Positions 59,120-64,000 of a DNA stretch of 64,000 bases are shown in pieces. The stretch's first letter is position 1; every line of letters begins with the position of its first letter. Under the pieces are notes generated by a model. The model did no database searches. It was given only the letters and a program-made list of their open reading frames with translations, and had not been told where the DNA came from. Source of the DNA: Macrostomum lignano (Eukaryota); contig NIVC01001366.1 of assembly GCA_002269645.1 (NCBI GenBank), forward strand, positions 1 to 64,000. Reading direction: 5' to 3'. The position numbers and the translations under genes were made by a program.

Positions 59120-59978
59120 ATTGTTAAGTTTTTCGTTGGGATTGAAACCTGACAACAGTAAAGAAGAAAATGAAGAGCCTGAGTGCACGCGGAATTCCGG
59201 CAGTTTTTCATTGTTATCTCTTTTATACTGTGGGAAAGAATCTGTACTGAAAGCGAACTGAGCTTGTACAGCTACATGTCAATTGTACTGTCTCTGGCAG
59301 TGCATCAAGATTATTTAGTTGAAAGAAAGAGAACTATACCTGGGTTTCAAAACATGTGTACATTCTCTCTACCCCAAGCAGTCCAGCAAAATGCCAGTGT
59401 CGCTATAGAAAATTTGTTCTCATAAAAGGGAACTTCCTCGGTTAGGTGTACTCAATAATTTCCTGGAAACCGCTCAATTGAGCTGAATATGCATAGACAT
59501 ATTGCTGTACCTTGAAAACACCCAGAACAAAAGGGAACTTCCAACTAGTCGCTTTGAAACCGAAAGTAGGAGTACAAGTCTTCCATGCATAAAGCATTTT
59601 TGCTCGGAATCTAGCTGAGCAGCCACAGCGAATTTAGCTACAATAAATGACTCCCATGACACACTCGATGCCAGAGACCGATTCCTAAACAAATCCCTAA
59701 ATGTGGAAAATTACGTTTGCGAGGTAGGATCTGCCAAGATGATGCTGAGGTATTACTAAGAGGACTGGGGAACATCTAAAATTGAAGTACATAGCGATCG
59801 GTACGAGTATATTCTAAGATTCCCCGAAGTTCTAAAAGAGAGTCCCTTAGAAAAAGTGCTCGTAAAAGCTACTCTTACTTATCAAATTTCCCTAGCAATA
59901 AAAGGAATCATAAAATGGGCGCAACTATATGTACTTAAATTCATACTTTACACCCATTTGACACCCATTTACACCCAT

Positions 59979-60221
59979 CGGAGACCCCAGCTGGCAGGCC
60001 ACATCATCCGCGCCGAGTCGTACTGCCCAGAGCCGGTGCAGGAGGTGCTGCTGCTGACGCTGCAGGCACCCTACCGGCGGGGGCAGGCGCGCACTCGGCG
60101 TTTCGTCGACTGCCTGCTGGCTGACGCCGGCGCCCCGGATTTGGCTGACGGCGTGGCGTTCGTTCGCGACCTGGCCTTGAAGCGCACCCTGTGACGCTAA
60201 CTGCGTATTCTGTTGTTGTTG
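59979..60221 (+). mobile_element. 5'-truncated RTE-like LINE with (GTT)n tail and 11-bp TSD
   Basis: RRPQLAGHIIRAESYCPEPVQEVLLLTLQAPYRRGQARTRRFVDCLLADAG...KRTL*. Flanks TTTACACCCAT (59968-59978) and TTTACACTCAT (60222-60232). Confidence 0.85.
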
Positions 60222-60879
60222 TTTACACTCATAGGATATTTTTAGCGAAAATTAGACTCGTTTGAGCTGGAAGATCTGGAAAGGTCTATAGCTAAAGTGC
60301 TCAAAATCACCAGACGTTTTTGCGTATTTTAAATTAAAGAGCTGCTCTAACGCCAGCAAATTTGCAGAGCATAACTAATAGGTAGAACATAAACTAAGAA
60401 CGGTCTCGAATAGAGACGAGAAAACTGCGGTATCTTGCGTCAGAACCCGTCTACCATTATTGTCCACAAATGGAGAGCGGACATGCATGTATTGAAGCGT
60501 GCTGTGCTGGAGATGTTCTCAGTGACACTGATTCACTCTAGTGCCCCTGCTCGGCTGGGATGTATTTAGATTCCGGCACAGACACGTAAATCTATGTAAA
60601 GCAGGATGATGCCAGACAGACTCAGTGTAAAGCCGCCGCTGTCATCTCTGTCCAGAACTCTTTTACCGTCAGAACACTTACAGAAGCCGATCCTGTGCCA
60701 AGCTGGTGCGTATGGAGAGATGGGTTTGAGGAGAGGACTGCCTGTTCTGCGTGCTCCATTGTTGCCTGTCAGGTACTGAAACAAACTGGATTGACTGGAG
60801 AGCTCAGAGGGACTCAGTTGGGATCTCTTACCATGTCCGTTGTGTGCCGTACATTGTACGTGTACGTTGGTGATAGATT

Positions 60880-62110
60880 GCTGATCAACCTGCTATTCGA
60901 GCGAGTCTGTCAGAGTTTAACTCTCGGCTTCGTACAGCGAACACCACCTGATACAGTGCGGTCCCTCGGTGGCCAAGTGAGGCCTCGGAGTGCAGGTAGG
61001 GATTCGGACTGCAGGTAGGGATTCGGACTGCAGGTAGGGATTCGGACTGCAGGTAGGGATTCGGACTGCAGGTAGGGATTCGGACTGCAGGTAAGGCATC
61101 GGACTGCAGGTAAGGCATCGGACTGCAGGTAAGGCATCGGACTGCAGGTAAGGCATCGGACTGCAGGTAGGGATTCGGACTGAAGGTAGGGATTCGGACT
61201 GAAGGTAGGGATTCGGACTGCAGGTAAGGCATCGGACTGCAGGTAAGGCATCGGACTGCAGGTAAGGCATCGGACTGCAGGTAAGGCATCGGACTGCAGG
61301 TAAGGCATCGGACTGCAGGTAAGGCATCGGACTGCAGGTAAGGCATCGGGCTGCAGGTAGGGATTCGGACTGAAGGTAGGGATTCGGACTGCAGGTAGGG
61401 ATTCGGACTGCAGGTAGGGATTTGGACTGCAGGTAAGGCATCGGACTGCAGGTAAGGCATCGGACTGCAGGTAAGGCATCGGACTGCAGGTAAGGCATCG
61501 GGCTGCAGGTAAGGCATCGGACTGCAGGTAAGGCATCGGACTGCAGGTAAGGCATCGGGCTGCAGGTAAGGCATCGGACTGCAGGTAAGGCATCGGACTG
61601 CAGGTAAGGCATCGGACTGCAGGTAGGGATTCGGACTGAAGGTAGGGATTCGGACTGAAGGTAGGGATTCGGACTGCAGGTAGGGATTCGGACTGCAGGT
61701 AAGGCATCGGACTGCAGGTAAGGCATCGGACTGCAGGTAAGGCATCGGACTGCAGGTAAGGCATCGGACTGCAGGTAAGGCATCGGACTGCAGGTAAGGC
61801 ATCGGACTGCAGGTAGGGATTCGGACTGAAGGTAGGGATTCGGACTGCAGGTAGGGATTCGGACTGCAGGTAAGGCATCGGACTGCAGGTAAGGCATCGG
61901 ACTGCAGGTAAGGCATCGGACTGCAGGTAAGGCATCGGACTGCAGGTAAGGCATCGGACTGCAGGTAGGGCCTTGGACGGCAGAATGGAACCTCCGCGTC
62001 ATTCACAGAATGGAAGGCAGCCCAGACAAGCAGATCCTCGCGGACGACGGGAAACAGACCGCCGAGGTAGACGAACCGCTGACATTGCGGAAGTTCCCTC
62101 AGCTTTTCGT
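60880..62110 (-). mobile_element. Decayed RTE-like LINE fragment split by an internal minisatellite
   Basis: LPQCQRFVYLGG (post-RT FxYLG motif)...WAAF before the array, and LYEAES*TLTDSLE*QVD (degenerate LYxxExWTL motif) after it. Confidence 0.65.
60990..61968. repeat. 19-bp array GTAAGGCATCGGACTGCAG / GTAGGGATTCGGACTGCAG, about 51 copies
   Basis: Direct reading; the two variants alternate in blocks. Confidence 0.95.
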
Positions 62111-63257
62111 TAGTGGCTTTTGGCTCAAAAATGCAGCGAAACCAAAAGACCAAACTAAACCAAACAAACCAAGCCTGAAATATTTCAGAAGAAATGAAGA
62201 GAGTTCACTTTTCACCTACGTCAGCGTACCAGCATACCCAATGTGCACACACCAGACATTTACCCCTGCATGCGTTGAAATTATACCAATTTCCGTACCA
62301 AAGTAGGTGTTGGGACTCAAGTTTTAAACCAAATTTAAGGACAAATTCGTTTATAACAAAAGCGCATTTCAATTAGACAAAGAAATTATCACAATCTTAA
62401 TATTACGCTCGTATTTAGAGTAAAGAAAGAAAATTATCTGAGCATGGTCAAGGAATAAAAAGAATTAGTTTAAATGCGTCAAATTTCCGTGAGTACCGCA
62501 AAAACGCACCGTTTTAAAAACTGCTTTGGCTTCGAACAATGGAAAGCTTGCTTTATCTTATTTTCAGTTCGGGAGTTTCTGAGTTGTGCATGCGCGAACA
62601 GAAAGAATTGAGACTTGAAAAAAGGTTGAGTTTTTTCGAAGTTTTAATACTAATAATTTAATTATTGATTACACCTGACCCAATGGGTAGCTGTGCAACC
62701 GACAGCTCAGCCGCAGCTATTGCGTCTATTTATTTATTATTCCATTATTCATTTATTTATTTGAAGTTTTGTACATCCATAGCTGTAGCTCGTACAGAAT
62801 TTATTTCTTTTGCGGTAAAATTTTGACCGCTAATTTGATTGTTCTATTCGCTTTTAAACATTGAACTATGCGTTGTTCGACGAATATCGTATCATGAACG
62901 AGAGTTAGCTATATCCAACATGTAATCGACAGCTTGAATCTAGCAGAATATGCGACGATACTTGATTGAAATTCATAGGGCTCAGGGCTGTAACTTTTGC
63001 ATACTAAAAATTAATTAATATACTAGATGAGATATAATTAAAACTCGCCTATATTGTCTGTTGTGTTCATCTTCTATATTTCTGTTGCCGCAATCTTTAT
63101 GTTCCTTTGACTAAGGCTTATCATTTTTATCAATAAGCAGTCAAATATGCTAATAGAATTCATATGCGATTTGTTATTGAAATGGCAAACATTTTCATAA
63201 ATCTATTGAAACTGTTAAAGCATCCTTCATAGCCCTGGCAATTGCTTAACTTTGCAG

Positions 63258-64000
63258 GAGGCTGAAACGCCACCTGACGCGGAGGCTGAAGCACAGCCTG
63301 AAGCGGAGGCTGAAGCACCACCTGAAGCGGAGGCTGAAGCATCGCCTGAAGCGGAGGCTGAAGCACCGCCTGAAGCGGAGGCTGGAGCACCGCCTGAAGC
63401 GGAGGCTGGAGCACCGCCTGAAGCGGAGGCTGAAACACCACCTGAAGCGAAGGCTGAAGCATCGCCTGAAGCGGAGGCTGAAGCCCCGCCTGAAGCGGAG
63501 GCTGGAGCACCGCCTGAAGCGGAGGCTGAAACACCACCTGAAGTGGAGGCTGAAGCCCCGCCTGAAGCGGAGGCTGGAGCACCGCCTGAAGCGGAGGCTG
63601 AAACACCACCTGAAGCGGAGGCTGAAGCACCACCTGAAGCGGAGGCTGGAGCACCACCTGAAGCGGAGGCTGAAGCACCGCCTGAAGCGGAGGCTGAAGC
63701 ACCACCTGAAGCGGAGGCTGAAGCACCACCTGAAGCGGAGGCTGGAGCACCACCTGAAGCGGAGGCTGGAGCACCACCTGAAGCGGAGGCTGAAGCACCG
63801 CCTGAAGCGGAGGCTGAAGCACCACCTGAAGCGGAGGCCAGCCCAGCAAGGTCGGTGTTGACTGGAGTGCTGCTGGACGTGTCGGGGTCGATGAAAGAAA
63901 TCGTCAGCTCGGAGAAGGCTGCCGAGGCAGTGGGATACGTAGTTCGCGACAAGTGGATTCGCTCCATCTTCAGAGTTGCTGATCAGCTGATCGAGAAAGA
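63258..64000 (+). CDS. Exon with (PPEAEAEA)n acidic repeat (about 24 copies) followed by the start of a von Willebrand A domain; runs off the window
   Basis: Acceptor TTAACTTTGCAG|GAG at 63257. The frame is open to the window end. VLTGVLLDVSGSM contains a MIDAS DxSxS motif (63876-63890). Confidence 0.72.

Noticed and set aside
30963-61968. Regular repeat arrays as CRISPR loci
   Set aside because: Units are head-to-tail with no unique spacers, there are no cas genes, and the context is eukaryotic and intronic.
60885-62153. 422-aa minus-strand ORF as a real gene
   Set aside because: It is a decayed LINE frame held open by the 19-bp array; the flanking LINE sequence has stops.
62010-62306. 98-aa plus-strand ORF as the first exon of the vWA gene
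   Set aside because: Its first third is antisense LINE sequence, and no convincing in-phase donor was identified.
63160-63967. Minus-strand (ASASGGAS)n and (LQPPLQVV)n ORFs
   Set aside because: They are antisense to the plus-strand frame, which has a splice acceptor and a vWA MIDAS motif.

Overview
Eukaryotic (metazoan) genomic DNA, not prokaryotic. It has GT-AG introns, GC3-rich housekeeping genes, introns filled with minisatellites, and LINE and DNA-transposon debris. The overall style suggests a macrostomid flatworm such as Macrostomum (inference, not proven). The main result is a complete 8,181-bp Merlin/IS1595-like DNA transposon at 2242-10422. It has 30-bp GG-starting TIRs (29/30 identical) and a perfect 8-bp TSD CACAAAAC. 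It carries an intact DDE transposase plus two intron-containing cargo genes: an RPA70-like two-OB-fold ssDNA-binding gene and a Tyr/Pro-polyQ-CCHC-RS gene. Next come a tandem cluster of three coiled-coil/hydrophobic-hairpin (ApoL/ClyA-like) paralogues (13.8-22 kb) and a segmentally duplicated family of heptad-repeat exons (25-33 kb). A co-oriented minus-strand cluster of six conserved genes (THOC3, MAN2A, BRK1, ZFYVE19, PCCA, TRAPPC2L; 31-52 kb) follows, in which every intron and almost every upstream spacer holds its own tandem array. The right end holds a sharply CpG-depleted 3.7-kb block, a minimal STE-type kinase, RTE-LINE fragments and the start of a vWA-domain exon. No rRNA, tRNA or CRISPR was found. 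All coordinates were read by hand; repeat edges are approximate.
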